32,000 bases of DNA from Haloquadratum walsbyi C23 (lineage in GTDB: Archaea > Halobacteriota > Halobacteria > Halobacteriales > Haloferacaceae): positions 1,470,001-1,502,000 of the forward strand of contig NC_017459.1 of NCBI RefSeq assembly GCF_000237865.1. Direction: 5' to 3'. The notes beneath the pieces were generated by a model. The model searched no databases. It was not told where the DNA came from and saw only the letters and a program-made list of their open reading frames with translations. This document shows, piece after piece, positions 1 through 8,377 of this stretch; position 1 is the first letter of the stretch; every line of letters begins with the position of its first letter. The position numbers and the translations under genes are program-made.

Positions 1-151
1 AATATTTTTTATCTCTCAGATGCTGGCTTTCTGAAAGCTACTGAGGTGTGTGAATCGTTCTATGACACCCTGATTTTATACTAGGTGGGCGCTCTGAGAT
101 ATGCAACTAGTATCATCAACATCGATATCGCAGCGCTGCAAAATATTCAGA

Positions 152-1219
152 TCACGTCTTTTGAGATGCGGACTTGTGCGTCAGATACCACGCGGTAATG
201 AATCCGCCACTGAGTGCTGGAATCCAAAACGCACTCGCACGATATAGTAGTGCCGCCGCGCCAGCGACTGCTGAGGACATACCTGTCATAGTCACGAGCG
301 CTCCGGTCAATATTGTTTCTGCGGCTCCAAGACCGCCTGGTGTCGGTGCAACTGCACCGAGTTTGGCGATTGGAATAACGAGTAAGACCGTTACGAATAA
401 TGACTCAGCACCAAGCGCTGTAAGTGCTGTCCAGAGAATTCCCGCAATGAAAATCTGTCCAGCCATGCACAACCCAAATACAAGCGCTAGTTGTGCTGGC
501 GCAGTTGCGAGCAACTCTAATGCCTCAATAAATTGCACCCCGTGCTGTTGAAACCGTTGTTGTGATGGAGCGGTAATCCGCGGGAGATAATCAAGCGGTT
601 TCGATATAATTGAGAGTACCCAACTACTGTAATCAACAAACATGTATCGATACTGCCATAAAAATCCGACCGCAAACACGGCGGCGACTATGACACCAGT
701 GAGTGTGAAAATTGCCGTATTAAATGCCCGTTCAACAACGAGTTGCCATCCCAAATAACTCGCAGCAAGGAAGCCTAAAAACAGCGATGCAAGACGATTT
801 GTTGCATTTATTACCCCGATTGCTGCCAATGCTGTTTCAAAATCAGTCCCAAGTGCTCGCTTAATTAACAGCGCAGCGGGGGGATTCCCGCCAAGCTGTC
901 CAAACGGTGTGATGGTGTTGAGAAATCCCGATGCATTCATGAGTAATATTGAGACAACAAAACTTCCTTCATGTCCAAGTCGGCGAAGAATAACGTAGAA
1001 ACCACTTCCCCACAGGATCATCGGAACAATACTAATCAGAAGTAAGAATCCAAATTGCCAGGACGAAACGCTCGTCAGCGCCTGCCACAGTGCACTCGGA
1101 CCGATAAGCCAGGTATACCCTACAGCAAAAATGATACTAATGAATATACACCCCAAAATTTGGGACCATCGATTACGGATATTCAGCGAGCATATTGACA
1201 CACTATTTGATTCTGTCAT
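152..1219 (-). CDS. Polytopic membrane protein, UPF0104 / lysylphosphatidylglycerol-synthase TM-region-like (flippase-like) family
   Basis: 355-codon ORF with ATG start and about 8 hydrophobic helices. The segment NASGFLNTITPFGQLGGNPPAALLIKR and the overall layout resemble the UPF0104 family (recalled, not searched). The + strand ORF 174-551 is an antisense shadow. Confidence 0.7.
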   Translation of the reverse strand: MTESNSVSICSLNIRNRWSQILGCIFISIIFAVGYTWLIGPSALWQALTSVSSWQFGFLLLISIVPMILWGSGFYVILRRLGHEGSFVVSILLMNASGFLNTITPFGQLGGNPPAALLIKRALGTDFETALAAIGVINATNRLASLFLGFLAASYLGWQLVVERAFNTAIFTLTGVIVAAVFAVGFLWQYRYMFVDYSSWVLSIISKPLDYLPRITAPSQQRFQQHGVQFIEALELLATAPAQLALVFGLCMAGQIFIAGILWTALTALGAESLFVTVLLVIPIAKLGAVAPTPGGLGAAETILTGALVTMTGMSSAVAGAAALLYRASAFWIPALSGGFITAWYLTHKSASQKT

Positions 1220-1919
1220 GCTACAGTGAGAGTGAGAGTGAGGAGTTACTGTTGACCCAGCCCGTTTGTAAACTGATTATAAGTTAGTCTACTCAAGCTT
1301 CAATATGTGAGTATTCGTTAGCCTGATATCTTAATTTCTTGTAAGTGCACTATAGATCGGTATCGAGAGTATATATTGATCAGTATTATTTCTTCTCTCG
1401 AGTATTACACATGTCGATAGTATTGATTGTTGATAATTGACGGTCGACGATTGATGAACCAATATATACAATAACATAATTTGAATTATCACATAATGTT
1501 CTTTTTATCACTTATTTCATATATAATGATCTTGACGATCGAGTCTTGTCATCACGCTCATGAGTGAGTTACCCTCTATAGAGATATGTGACGACGGTAT
1601 GACCGTCATTCATATGAGAATACGCTCGTGGGGGCACTCCATCCAGTGGTCACTCAATTGATTCCCCGCAGCCAGGACACATAGCTCCCTCCGATGTTGA
1701 GACGGGGGCGACCGAGATCTGACAGGTGCTTCTGTCAATCGCTTTTCCAGGGCATACATACAAGCATTATTCCATTTTAATCTCTCATGATTCAGATTCA
1801 TAATTATCATTATCATCATAATTGATTTTACTGATATGAAGGAAATGAGTGATATCCAGTTGTAACTACCACAGGAAAGGTCTGAATTTATTATTTTGAC
1901 GACAACGGCGATGTCTCGC

Positions 1920-2400
1920 GTGAAGTACCACGGGCGCGGTAGCCCGTGGCTTCGCCGTGGTCTCTGGCGGGAAACCAACGAAACGATCGGTGGCGAATTT
2001 TAATTCCGCCCGCGCTTGTCTCTGGCGAGACTCGCATGGAACCAGTAATACCCGAACACATCAAAAGTGCCACCGCAACAGAGGTCATCTGTTGCTGCCG
2101 TGGCGGGTGTGTCCGTGGGCGTCCGCCCCTTCACATGGGCGCGACACAGACCCGGCGCACCGCGTCTTACCCCAAAATGGGTGCGCGGGTTTTGCGAGGC
2201 CGATAACGTGGGTTCCAAACTGTAGTAGGGCGTCCCGATAGTTAAAAAATGGGACGCAGCCGAGCGTACGCGCTTCACCCCCGCCCACGGTGGGGCGGGG
2301 AACTCGCACTGCTTTTCGTTTAGATGCGTTAAAAAAGGAGCGAAGCGGCGATGATCAACTAAAGCGCTCACAGCACCGTCGAGCGTGTCTCAAGGTGAAA
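1920..2400 (-). mobile_element. GC-rich, hairpin-dense non-coding island. Best guess: one or two decayed IS200/IS605 (IS1341-type) tnpB 3'-tail plus right-end hairpin modules (omega/reRNA scaffold region). Alternative: an unclassified structured RNA
   Basis: Abrupt switch from AT-rich to GC-rich sequence at about 1920 (by eye). Six overlapping ORFs in several frames, none protein-like. Hairpins at 1928-1949, 2018-2031, 2069-2104, 2151-2189, 2230-2257 and 2279-2300. The minus-strand reading contains SASQNPRTHFGVRRG...GRTPTDTPATAATDD, which resembles the NASxNIL-RG...TPVET tail of the clear tnpB remnant at 12909-13120. The left edge reads, on the minus strand, hairpin + TACTTCAC, like the other right ends in this window. 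Confidence 0.35.
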
Positions 2401-2430
2401 TCAAGCTTATATTTTTTATTTTAGCGGAGA

Positions 2431-3165
2431 ATGAAGCAAGATATGCAGTACGAGTTACGACAGAGCCCGGCATACACAGTTGTGGAAGTCACATTAGAAC
2501 GCGGCGAGACAGTGACGTCCGAAGCAGGCGCAATGGTTTCACACTCCGAAGAAATCAGGCTTGAAACAGGAATTGGTGATGAAGATGAAGGAATGTTTTC
2601 GTCGCTTAAAGATTCGGTCTTAGGTGATGAATCGCTGTTTAGAAATCGCTTTACATCAGAAGGCGGGCAGGGAACGGTTGAGCTAGCACCATCGACACCA
2701 GGTGATGTGACTGCACTCACATTAGACCACGATGAACTATACCTGCAAGGTGGAGCATATATCGGGTGCGGAACCGATGTCAGCATTGACTCGGAACTAG
2801 GTGGGCTTGACACATTACTCGGTGGTGAAGGTATTTCACTGATCAAAGCACACGGTAGTGGTGTATTGTTTATCGGCAGTTTCGGTGGAATCGATCGAAA
2901 AGAAATCCAACGCGATGAAACCCTCACCGTTGACTCGGGGCATATTGTCGCGTGGAATGCAGATATGAACTATGAGACTCGCCGTGTCGGCGGATTAAAA
3001 GAGACTGTCCTAAGCGGTGAAGGACTTGTGATGGATTTCACTGGTCCTGGTGTTGTATTCACGCAAACCCGGAATTATGATGGGTTTGTGACACAACTTA
3101 CCGAAGACATGCCATTTAGTGGAGCGAGTGGCGATGATGGCGGTAATATCGACATCGATATATAA
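2431..3165 (+). CDS. AIM24 / TIGR00266 (DUF124) family protein
   Basis: 244-codon ORF. The N-terminus MQYELRQSPAYTVVEVTLERGETVTSEAGAMVSHS and the later LFIGSFGGI...TLTVDSGHIVAW...GEGLVMDFTGPGVVFTQTR follow the typical AIM24-family pattern, with an acidic C-terminal tail. The start may be the second ATG at 2443. Confidence 0.8.
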   Translation: MKQDMQYELRQSPAYTVVEVTLERGETVTSEAGAMVSHSEEIRLETGIGDEDEGMFSSLKDSVLGDESLFRNRFTSEGGQGTVELAPSTPGDVTALTLDHDELYLQGGAYIGCGTDVSIDSELGGLDTLLGGEGISLIKAHGSGVLFIGSFGGIDRKEIQRDETLTVDSGHIVAWNADMNYETRRVGGLKETVLSGEGLVMDFTGPGVVFTQTRNYDGFVTQLTEDMPFSGASGDDGGNIDIDI

Positions 3166-3920
3166 TCTATCGAGACTCACTCCCGTGTTTAATTGGCGAC
3201 CGGAGGAAGCAAACAAGACGACAATACGATTCTCTGCATTTTGAGTCTCTGAACAGCGGGGGTGCAGAAGCCGTTTCACATCTTGTCTCAGATAATGCGA
3301 CCGTCCTCGGGTGGGTTCACTGCTGGACTTCCACCGTTTGATAATGACGTCTCAGCGCGATTATAAACTGGTCTTAGCTAGTAAACGCAGAGCGACATCG
3401 AAAGAAGTCTACGCTCTATAGTCTCACGCTGTTAGAGGCGGGTTCGTGGTATCAGCGGATGCAGTAGCTTTCACTCCCGATAACTGCCGACTGAGCAAAA
3501 CGATGATTTGGTCCTACTGTCTCAATGGCGATAGCGATGTCTTTCTCGAATACATCTGGATTGGCAACGTACCATTTGATACGATCACGAAACATCTATG
3601 TAAGTTATCTGAAGAAGAATATATGGTTAGATGATGTGTATTTTCCAGTCAGTCTGATCGAATATACTCACGAGAGGGTCTGAGGATCCTATCGGTCGGC
3701 AGTAAGACAAGGACAAGACAGCAGAATATCAATATCAAACGAATATTCCGAAGCGGACAGTTGTCACTGCTGTCTCGCGTCCTCAACAAAAGCAGGAACA
3801 GACCGTCCCGACTCGCGATTGCCACTACCGGCTCTCGCTGCTGACTGGTGAGGCAGCCCACGACCACGGCGAGTTCTCCCGAGCGACAACCGAAAACGAG
3901 GTGACGGACCTCGTCGTCAT

Positions 3921-4049
3921 TAACAGTCGTTGGCAATATGCCCACTGTGTCTCTCCGAACCCACACCCACACTCAGACTGAGTTCACCTGGAACGCCTGG
4001 TGACGCGTTCGGTTGCAACTTCGGAGACAGAAACCACAGTCCCACCAAC
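3921..4049 (-). mobile_element. MITE family B copy 1 (about 130 bp, internally palindromic, non-coding)
   Basis: About 90% identical by eye, in inverted orientation, to 7489-7617. The arms GTTGGTGGGACTGTGGTTTCTGTCTCCGAA and TTCGGAGAGACACAGTGGGCATATTGCCAAC pair as roughly 30-bp imperfect terminal inverted repeats. Confidence 0.7.
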
Positions 4050-4126
4050 TGTACGCACAAACAACGCACGAACAATAGCTGGCGTCCGATGTCGCCGCCG
4101 CGTTCAACAAGTCGGTGTCTCTACCC

Positions 4127-4183
4127 GTAACCTGCCTCGGGGTCACATCAACATCAAAGCCCCGAGGCAGTCGCCTTGACAAT
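4127..4183 (-). repeat. IS200/IS605 (IS1341-type) right-end hairpin module
   Basis: 10-bp stem TGCCTCGGGG 4133-4142 / CCCCGAGGCA 4160-4169 with a 17-nt GATGTT-type loop. On the minus strand it ends CCCCGAGGCAGGTTAC. Homologous to 9128-9177 and to the right end of the tnpB remnant at 13115-13180. Confidence 0.6.
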
Positions 4184-4398
4184 ATGTATACGAGTTTGAC
4201 GTTCCACACGTTGCTCGTGGCGGCACTGCTGGATAACTACCGAGCCGGGAACAAGTTCCCCAATTTCCGACTCATAATCGATGATTACACCGAATGGAGA
4301 CCAGACCAATAAGGATGATTCAGCAAGTCTTGTGAGAGCTGTGGATGGACTGCATCAGTCATCCGTACCGTAGGGAACATCATCATACACGCTCTCGG

Positions 4399-5199
4399 TC
4401 AGCATCTTGATCCCGAGACGCACAGGGCGCTCTCCGCCGGACACGGGGTGTCTTCCTGTCCGGTCAGTTCAGGCCGTTCCCCGAAGAAGATACGCAGTCG
4501 GGCATCCGCCTCGACATTGGGAGCGGTCTGCCCGACGTGGAGGCCTCCGACGATGTTTTCTTCCAGCGGAAGGCGATGCACCCGTGGCTGCTGGATACGC
4601 GCGCTTGGAATGCGCTGAATACGCACAATCTCCGTGTTCAGGCTGGTCACTAAGCATTTGCTCACGAGACCATTATGAGTCGCCGAGAAGACCAACGCAA
4701 ACAGCAGCAGACGACGAAGTGGTACGTCCACACCTACATACACGCTGATGATACAGCGGTGATCCCGCTTGGCGAGGCTGTGGTTGACGGACCTCACTTC
4801 AGTGGGAAGCGTCACCACGGCTACGGCGAGGTCGAATGAAAGTACATGCAGATGATAGACCGAACCATCCTGAATTACTCCCGGCTCGAAGGTGCAGGGA
4901 TATGCCTCATCGAGTTGGTGACGCCGTTCGTGGTGGCGTCGGAATATCCAGAGGCGACCGACAGGTCTGTGCTGTGACTGCGGTGGATTAAGGATCGCGA
5001 CGACCTCCGGCTCTGCGAGAAGAAGATTCTTGAACAGCGCGAGGTCTTCAGACTGGAGACAGTGGAACACAGACAGATCGTAACGTACCTCGGGGACTGC
5101 CCGCTGAGGACTGTGAAGAACGGTTTCACGAGGACCGGTTCGCACTCCCGAGACAACTTCGGAAAGCTGCGGCTGAAGTCTGTTGATGAACAGTATCAC
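4399..5199 (-). CDS. Hypothetical basic protein in a compositionally atypical (GC-richer) patch, possibly the truncated remnant of an IS1341-type tnpB
   Basis: Uninterrupted 266-codon ORF on the same strand as, and directly upstream of, the right-end hairpin at 4127-4183. It is Arg/His-rich, unlike the acidic neighbours. YVGVDVPL loosely resembles the RuvC-I GVDLG motif. No zinc finger or RuvC-III motif is in frame, so either an unrelated protein or a decayed gene is possible. Confidence 0.35.
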   Translation of the reverse strand: MILFINRLQPQLSEVVSGVRTGPRETVLHSPQRAVPEVRYDLSVFHCLQSEDLALFKNLLLAEPEVVAILNPPQSQHRPVGRLWIFRRHHERRHQLDEAYPCTFEPGVIQDGSVYHLHVLSFDLAVAVVTLPTEVRSVNHSLAKRDHRCIISVYVGVDVPLRRLLLFALVFSATHNGLVSKCLVTSLNTEIVRIQRIPSARIQQPRVHRLPLEENIVGGLHVGQTAPNVEADARLRIFFGERPELTGQEDTPCPAESALCVSGSRC

Positions 5200-5312
5200 A
5201 ACTCAAAGAGGAAGGACTGAATCGAACCGTAGGCATACGTCAGAATCTCGGTGAATCAGTCATGAAAGATTCAGATCAAAGAGTAATAAAGAAATCGTAT
5301 TACCAATAACTG

Positions 5313-5735
5313 CTAGACAATAGACTCCTCCTCATCGGAGGCAGACTGCAGATGATCACGACCCCAGCGGTCCATCGCTTCAATGACTGGTCGTAGGTCA
5401 GCTCCACGGTCTGTCAGCGAATATTGGACACGAAACGGCTTTTCACTGATGATTGCTCGATCAAGCAACTCCTTCTGTTCTAAGTCCTCAACCACATCCG
5501 ATAACACTTTACTCGATATCCCGTCGACGGCTTCTTTGAGCTCACTGAATCCCATCGGTCCGTCGTCCAGGAGTCGTTCAACGATTACTGGATGCCACTT
5601 TCGCCCGATTAACGTCGCTGTTGACGTGACTGGACACCACTCCTCCCCACCACACCAGACTGGAAGTCGCGTTTGTTCGGTCACGATTTTATGTTCGTGC
5701 AGGGTAGTAAATAAGGTTACTATACAATAGTACAT
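5313..5735 (-). CDS. HxlR-family winged-helix transcriptional regulator
   Basis: CPVTSTATLIGRKWHPVIVERLL...FSELKEAVDGISSKVLSDVVEDLEQKELLDRAI...VQYSLTDRGADLRPVIEAMDRWG matches the HxlR signature. The first ~20 codons (MYYCIVTLFTT...) may be an over-extension. Confidence 0.8.
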   Translation of the reverse strand: MYYCIVTLFTTLHEHKIVTEQTRLPVWCGGEEWCPVTSTATLIGRKWHPVIVERLLDDGPMGFSELKEAVDGISSKVLSDVVEDLEQKELLDRAIISEKPFRVQYSLTDRGADLRPVIEAMDRWGRDHLQSASDEEESIV

Positions 5736-6440
5736 TACGTACTGTAACTATGTCTGCAGAGGCGTAAATAATCGTTATGATTGTATCAGTAATAACTCAA
5801 AATAGGCGAGAGCGAGACTCGCACATGTCATGATACCTCGATAGGTCAACAATTCCGTGATCATTCAGCACTCACCCGTCTATTGAGATGCTCTTCTGCC
5901 TATCGACAAGGATTCTTCGCAAAGGATATTTCGTTTGTACGTTCTCTCGTCTCAAGGATGCTGTCGTGTAGAAACTAATCTTCACTGATTGCTGTCTGGT
6001 TATGCCAGGAACGCGCGTTCCAATGCGTTGAGTTCCGTCACAGAACTCTTTCGTATCCAGGTGGACCGCACGGGTGAATGGAAATGTCGTTTCCTTCGAG
6101 AGTCGATGATTCAACTGAGGAAATGCCGTATTCGCGTCTCAGTGACGAGGACAAGGGATAACAGTAGTTGGTCTATGTTTGAGTATGTGCTCGGCACTCA
6201 TCACAATTGCTGACGGGTCATCTGTTGAGGTGAAGAAAGACGGTCTTTGAGGTAAAAAAGAGTATGCTCACTAGTTTATTCGAATTATAGAAACTAATAT
6301 TGGATTTATATCCAACCCAGATGACAGCGATTTTACCTTAGGTTTCAGTAACCGAGTTACCGATTGGTTATGGGGTATCTATCTTCTCAGCTCGGACTTT
6401 TACATTACTAACCCGTATCAAGTAACGAGAGGTAACTTGT

Positions 6441-7151
6441 ATGTCAGCCGTTGAAATTGACACAGACAGTACAGCACTCCTTATCACGGACCCACAGATT
6501 GACTTTTTGAAGCCGGACAGCGTCGTGTGGGATAAGGTTGGAGAGACAGTCGAAGAGAATGCAGTGGTTGAGAAGTTGGTTACGTTACGTGATGCTGCAC
6601 GCGAAGGCGATGTCCCGGTGCTTTATTCTCCTCACGAGTACACTGACGACGAATTCGATAGCTGGGAGAAATTGAATACGATCGATCAAATAATGTTTGA
6701 CACACGGATGTTTGACGCCGACAGCGAGGGGAGTGACTTTGTCCCCGAGTTGGAACCGGATGACAATACGTTCGTGCTCTCGCCACACAAACAGTTATCA
6801 GGCTTTTGGAGCAATGACGTTGGAACACAACTTCGTCAGCGTGGGGTTGACACCCTCGTCCTCGCGGGGATGAGCGCGAATTTGTGTGTCGAATCGCATC
6901 TGCGCGACGCTGTCGAAAATGGATTCGAAGTGCTCACAGTAACAGACGCGACTGCGGCCGCCGGACACGACGCTCTAGAAGCAGCGCATACCAATTTCGG
7001 ATTCATCGCACACGAGACTGCAACGACTGAGGAGGTAGTCGACAGACTAGCCACGGCTAATGTTAATGCAGATGCTGTCTCAACAGATGGTGGAAAGCAT
7101 TCAGAGCAACAACCCAAATCAGATGGTGGATTTCTCTCTCGGTTGTTCTAA
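6441..7151 (+). CDS. Isochorismatase-family cysteine hydrolase
   Basis: LLITDPQIDF (Asp), SPHKQLSGF (Lys) and LVLAGMSANLCVES (Cys) give the family catalytic triad in the usual order. A GAGGT Shine-Dalgarno-like motif lies 8 nt upstream of the ATG. The C-terminal ~35 aa are low-complexity. Confidence 0.85.
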   Translation: MSAVEIDTDSTALLITDPQIDFLKPDSVVWDKVGETVEENAVVEKLVTLRDAAREGDVPVLYSPHEYTDDEFDSWEKLNTIDQIMFDTRMFDADSEGSDFVPELEPDDNTFVLSPHKQLSGFWSNDVGTQLRQRGVDTLVLAGMSANLCVESHLRDAVENGFEVLTVTDATAAAGHDALEAAHTNFGFIAHETATTEEVVDRLATANVNADAVSTDGGKHSEQQPKSDGGFLSRLF

Positions 7152-7170
7152 CAACTGTTGTTGATCTCTT

Positions 7171-7226
7171 CTCACGGCTAAAGCTGTGGGCTTTCGCCTC
7201 GAACAAGTGTCATCGGTCCTTTTTTT
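7171..7226 (+). terminator. Hairpin plus T7 tract downstream of the isochorismatase-family gene
   Basis: 8-bp stem (two G:T pairs) CTCACGGC 7171-7178 / GCTGTGGG 7183-7190 with loop TAAA, starting 20 nt after the stop codon. A T7 run lies at 7220-7226. Oligo-T tracts are the known archaeal termination signal. Confidence 0.3.
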
Positions 7227-7488
7227 GAGTTGTGATACTGTTCGCCGAGCGGGCACAACTCCACTGAGTTACCACGAACTGTCATGTCGTCTGTCAGGTG
7301 CAATTGCCGAAGGAAGATAATCTGTAATGAATCTCTTCGATATGGACCATTATTACGCTCTCAACATCCAACGAGTGCGTGATTGGGTATCGGCTCTGTC
7401 CACCTCTTTCATCACCGTGAGGTAGTCTTGTCTGTGACGACTCGTATAACAGCTCAATCTCGGTGATAGATTGCGACTGTGGTTATGA

Positions 7489-7617
7489 GTTGGTGGGACT
7501 GTGATTTTTGTCTCAGAAGTTGCAACCGAACGCGTCACCGGGCGTTCCAGGTGAACTCAGTCTGAGTGTGGGTGTGGGTTCGGAAAGAAACACTGGTGAG
7601 ATTGCCAATGACTGTTA
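7489..7617 (+). mobile_element. MITE family B copy 2
   Basis: Inverted-orientation homolog of 3921-4049. Homology starts at GTTGGTGGGACTGTG and ends at GACTGTTA in both copies, and the flanks are unrelated. Confidence 0.7.
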
Positions 7618-7800
7618 TACTCAAAGAGCCCGCTGACTCCATACGACCGGGGCGATGTGATTTGTATACGCTGGATGAGAGACGGGCGGGCTGAGACTCC
7701 TCACGCAAGGATTTTTTCGCAGTGTGATTTTCATAGTCTCTGAGTCACGATACGACAGCTAACAACGAAACTTATCACACAATGCAGCGAAATAACACTA

Positions 7801-8166
7801 ATGATTGAACTCACAGTAATGTCACCGGCATCGGCGAATGACACACAAACATTCGAATCAGATGATAACGTGTGCTGGGCTAACGGGACTCAAGTCTCGG
7901 GTGAAGTCACTGTCATGATGGACTCAACGTCAGATGGAGATCATACCGATGGCGAGACGTATGTGACACTCATTCAAACTGAAGAAGGAGTACGTCTTGG
8001 TCACATCGAAACAGAATTTTGCGAGTGGCTTGCCGATATGCTTCAACTCGAACTCTCAGATGAACCGCGTGAGATTCACGAAACATTTGAGGAATCAGTG
8101 AAAAGCAGCGCTCCGGTTGACAAACCAACAGTCATGGAGGCACCAGATGGCTTGCTACCTGAATAG
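7801..8166 (+). CDS. Hypothetical small acidic protein
   Basis: 121-codon ORF with ATG start and halophile-like acidic composition. I recognise no family. Confidence 0.45.
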   Translation: MIELTVMSPASANDTQTFESDDNVCWANGTQVSGEVTVMMDSTSDGDHTDGETYVTLIQTEEGVRLGHIETEFCEWLADMLQLELSDEPREIHETFEESVKSSAPVDKPTVMEAPDGLLPE

Positions 8167-8270
8167 TGATTATTGACAAGATATCAACATTGATTCGCAC
8201 ATGTATATTATTACAGGTGCTCTTCGAATTCTCCCATGACTGATGAGACCACGTATTCAGCGTTCACTCA

Positions 8271-8377
8271 TAGTGATTAGTGCAAGTCTTTACCGCCGTG
8301 ATTATCCGTGCCGTGATATGAGCCGCTGAAACCGCGTCATTCGACACCGTCGGTGAAACTATTCGAACTAATCATGA
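8271..8377 (+). mobile_element. MITE family A copy 1 (107 bp)
   Basis: Terminal inverted repeats TAGTGATTAG ... CTAATCATGA, flanked by TCA at 8268-8270 and 8378-8380. About 90% identical by eye to 29566-29673 and, inverted, to 11250-11357. No ORF. Confidence 0.85.

Noticed and set aside
13-50. Shared motif GATGCTGGCTT...GAAAGC between 13-50 and 28861-28905
   Set aside because: Only about 12 identical nt plus a 6-mer, with no extension of similarity. This is expected by chance in 32 kb on two strands.
2279-2312. Group II intron (the minus strand reads GUGCGAG at 2304-2310, like an intron 5' end)
   Set aside because: There is no domain V-like 34-nt hairpin with an AGC triad and GNRA loop anywhere in the island, and no reverse transcriptase ORF.
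1610-2371. ORFs 1610-1978, 1891-2088, 1946-2206, 1957-2241, 2000-2371 and 2085-2309 as genes
   Set aside because: They overlap each other in different frames. They are Arg/Pro/Cys-rich and non-acidic, and are explained by GC-rich non-coding sequence having few stop codons.
1905-2400. RNase P RNA or SRP (7S) RNA identity for the GC-rich island
   Set aside because: I could not find the universally conserved GGAAAGUCC (CR-I) on either strand. ACAGACCCGGC at 2145-2155 only loosely recalls the 3' strand of P4 and sits mid-island, not near a 3' end. No helix-8-like GGAA...AGCA motif of SRP RNA is present.
3446-3634. Short ORFs 3446-3634 (+, 62 aa, GTG start) and 3452-3595 (-, 47 aa, MFRDRIKWYVANPDVFEKDIAIAIETVGPNHRF...)
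   Set aside because: They are mutually antisense and both are short. I have no family match or start-signal evidence to choose between them. The minus-strand one looks more protein-like but is unsupported.
4407-4748. ORFs on the + strand and in the other minus frames (4469-4657, 4875-5156) within the 4399-5199 patch
   Set aside because: They are Arg/Pro-rich shadows of a GC-richer segment. The 266-codon frame is the only long uninterrupted one.
7171-7335. Another TnpB-tail/right-end module abutting the isochorismatase-family gene stop (minus-strand reading ...ELCPLGEQ...LVRGESPQL-stop over the hairpin)
   Set aside because: This rests only on a vague resemblance to TnpB C-terminal tails. There is no DRDxNA motif, no TTCAC-type terminus and no homology to the other right ends here. 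I kept it as a hairpin plus T-tract terminator candidate.
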